A stretch of DNA of 64,000 nucleotides from Acholeplasmataceae bacterium. GTDB lineage: Bacteria; Bacillota_I; Bacilli_A; Acholeplasmatales; Acholeplasmataceae. The notes beneath the pieces are model-generated. The model did not search any database. It was not told the origin of the DNA and was given only the letters and a program-made list of their open reading frames with translations. Of the stretch, positions 62,054-64,000 are shown piece after piece (position 1 is the first letter of the stretch; every line of letters starts with the position of its first letter). Location of the stretch: assembly GCA_963667565.1 (NCBI GenBank), contig OY763415.1, positions 1,472,001-1,536,000 of the forward strand. The letters run 5' to 3'. The position numbers and the translations under genes are program-made.

Positions 62054-62118
62054 GTAATTCTTATAAATAATGCATAACATGATATCATAATCTTACATGA
62101 GATTTAAAGGGGTTTTTT

Positions 62119-63483
62119 ATGAATATTTACGATGAGTTATGGCAAAAAATTAGGTATGATCTGGAACATATTTTTTCAGAAGAAACATTTAATGATGTGT
62201 TTGAACCTTTAAAGGAAACTTTAAAGTATTCAAATAATCATGTATATGTTTTAGTCCCTAATGACTTTATTAAGAATCGAATCAATAGGTTCTACTTAAC
62301 AAAAATTAATGATTTAGCAGCCAAATATAATGGTAGTCCAATTCGATTCAAATTTGTTATTGAGTCAGAGATTGTACCAGAAGAGACTTTAGTCAGTCCT
62401 GAAAGAAATTTAAATTTAAAGTATCGTCCAGGAAATTTAAACGCAACTTATACTTTTGATAACTTTGTTGTTGGTAAAAGTAACAATTTCGCATTTAGAA
62501 TGTCAATGAAAGTTGCTGATCAACCTGGTACAGTAGCCAATCCATTATACATTTTTGGTGATGTAGGACTTGGTAAAACGCATTTAATGCAATCTATAGG
62601 TAATTATATCTTAGACAATGATGTTAATAAAAAAGTGATGTATGTTAAAGCTGATGGATTTATTGAAGACTTTGCTAACCTATTAAGAAAAGAACAAATG
62701 GATGATTTTAACTCTAAATATAGAGATTTAGATGTGCTTTTAGTTGATGATATCCAAATCTTGGGTGGCGCTACAAAAACACAGATGGAATTCTTTAAAT
62801 TATTTGACTATTTATATCATCATAATAAACAAATTGTTATTACAAGTGATAAACCAGCATCTGAATTAAAAAACATTATGTCACGTTTAACTTCACGCTT
62901 TGAAGTTGGATTAACAGTTGATATTCAAGTTCCTGATTTAGAGCATAGAATTGAAATTTTAAAAAGAAAATTAGTCACTGAATCTTCTGATATTCATGAC
63001 ATTCCAACAGATGTATTAGAGTTTATAGCCTCATCATTTGTAACAAATATCAGAGAATTAGAAGGTGCATTAAAACGTGTTTTATTTTATTGCTTAGCAA
63101 ATAACCTTGATTTAACACTTGATACAGTTAACGAGGCACTAGAGCCATTATTAAAGACAAAAAGAAAGAGCGATTCATTAAATGAAAACAATTATGATCG
63201 TATTCAATCTGTCGTTAGTGATTTTTATGGCATTACCTTGGATGACCTTATTGGAAAGAAAAGACACTCAAAATATATCCTTCCTAGACATATAGCAATG
63301 TATTTAATTAAAGTTAAATATAATATTCCCTATAAAACGATTGGTATGTTGTTTAGTAATCGTGATCATTCAACTGTTTTAGCTGCATGTGAGAAGATAG
63401 AAAATGAATTAAAACAAGATTCAACATTAAGATTAGCAGTAGAAACAATTAATAAAAAAATCGAACATTATAATAAAAAATAG
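62119..63483 (+). CDS. dnaA: Chromosomal replication initiator DnaA
   Basis: YTFDNFVVG, GDVGLGKTHL, NIRELEGAL, RDHSTV. Confidence 0.99.
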   Translation: MNIYDELWQKIRYDLEHIFSEETFNDVFEPLKETLKYSNNHVYVLVPNDFIKNRINRFYLTKINDLAAKYNGSPIRFKFVIESEIVPEETLVSPERNLNLKYRPGNLNATYTFDNFVVGKSNNFAFRMSMKVADQPGTVANPLYIFGDVGLGKTHLMQSIGNYILDNDVNKKVMYVKADGFIEDFANLLRKEQMDDFNSKYRDLDVLLVDDIQILGGATKTQMEFFKLFDYLYHHNKQIVITSDKPASELKNIMSRLTSRFEVGLTVDIQVPDLEHRIEILKRKLVTESSDIHDIPTDVLEFIASSFVTNIRELEGALKRVLFYCLANNLDLTLDTVNEALEPLLKTKRKSDSLNENNYDRIQSVVSDFYGITLDDLIGKKRHSKYILPRHIAMYLIKVKYNIPYKTIGMLFSNRDHSTVLAACEKIENELKQDSTLRLAVETINKKIEHYNKK

Positions 63484-63518
63484 TGTTTATAAAAAGTGGG
63501 AAACATGGTATAATAATA

Positions 63519-63600
63519 CGTGAATAAAGCCTTTTTATATGGTTTTCCACATACCCACACAGACTAACAATAATAATTAATAATTAAATTAATAAAATAA
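63519..63600. other. oriC, downstream part: DnaA boxes, trio-like repeats and AT-rich unwinding region
   Basis: TTTTCCACA and ATACCCACA in tandem at 63543-63559, followed by CTAACAATAATAATTAATAATTAAATT. Confidence 0.75.
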
Positions 63601-63612
63601 AAGGAGCACGTT

Positions 63613-64000
63613 ATGATTTTCAGTATTGAAAGAGACACCTTATTAAATCATTTACTTAATGTACAAAAAGGATTACCTTCTAAAACGCCACTACCTATTT
63701 TATACGCGATTAAATTTGAAGTTCACGAAGATCATATGATTTTAACTTCAAGTAATACAGATGTTGCTATTCAAGTATTTGTTGATGGTAACGACTTAAA
63801 GATTAAACAAACAGGTAAAGTTGCTATTCCAGGGCGTTACTTAATTGATATTATGAGAAAAATCACTTCGAGTATTGTTGAATTCGCATTAATTGAAGAT
63901 AAAATTATCGTTATCAAAGCTGATCGTTCTGAATTTAAATTAAGACTTATGGATGTTGAAGATTATCCTGAAGTTGATTTCTTAGATTTAGATAATCCAG
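63613..64000 (+). CDS. dnaN: DNA polymerase III beta clamp (5' part; runs off the window end)
   Basis: Not in the ORF track. AAGGAG RBS, then MIFSIERDTLLNHLLNVQKGLPSKTPLPILYAIKF; follows dnaA. Confidence 0.95.
   Translation, partial: MIFSIERDTLLNHLLNVQKGLPSKTPLPILYAIKFEVHEDHMILTSSNTDVAIQVFVDGNDLKIKQTGKVAIPGRYLIDIMRKITSSIVEFALIEDKIIVIKADRSEFKLRLMDVEDYPEVDFLDLDNP

Overview
A 64-kb, very AT-rich chromosomal segment that ends at the replication origin. Gene content, lipoprotein style and the use of TGA as a stop codon (code 11) suggest an Acholeplasmatales-like Mollicute; this taxonomy is inferred. Left to right: (1) an Rnf operon (rnfC-D-G, an extra two-domain FMN-binding protein, rnfE, rnfA cut by the window edge) translationally coupled to glyA; (2) yebC and ppa, the latter preceded by a guanine-type purine riboswitch; (3) pflB-pflA-fhs-folD; (4) hflX, dusB, hslO; (5) a GH13/GH3/GPH-symporter glycoside operon and maf; (6) tilS-hpt-ftsH-S4 protein-lysS; (7) fba, pyrG, rpoE, recR-ybaB-dnaX, mnmE, an MgtC-family gene, ttcA and two tandem DHH nano-RNases; (8) galE beside a catalytically degenerate galK-like gene; (9) a CUT1-type ABC importer linked to a 954-aa Ig-like/OB-fold/lamin-tail lipoprotein and a lamin-tail-thermonuclease lipoprotein, probably an extracellular nucleic-acid scavenging system, with tandem promoters, a cre-like site and a 25-codon leader ORF; (10) T-box-regulated asnS, rmuC, a YiiX-like enzyme; (11) jag-yidC-rnpA-rpmH, a bipartite oriC, dnaA and the start of dnaN. 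No rRNA, tRNA, CRISPR array or mobile element was seen. All calls come from motif recognition by eye; no database searches were run.
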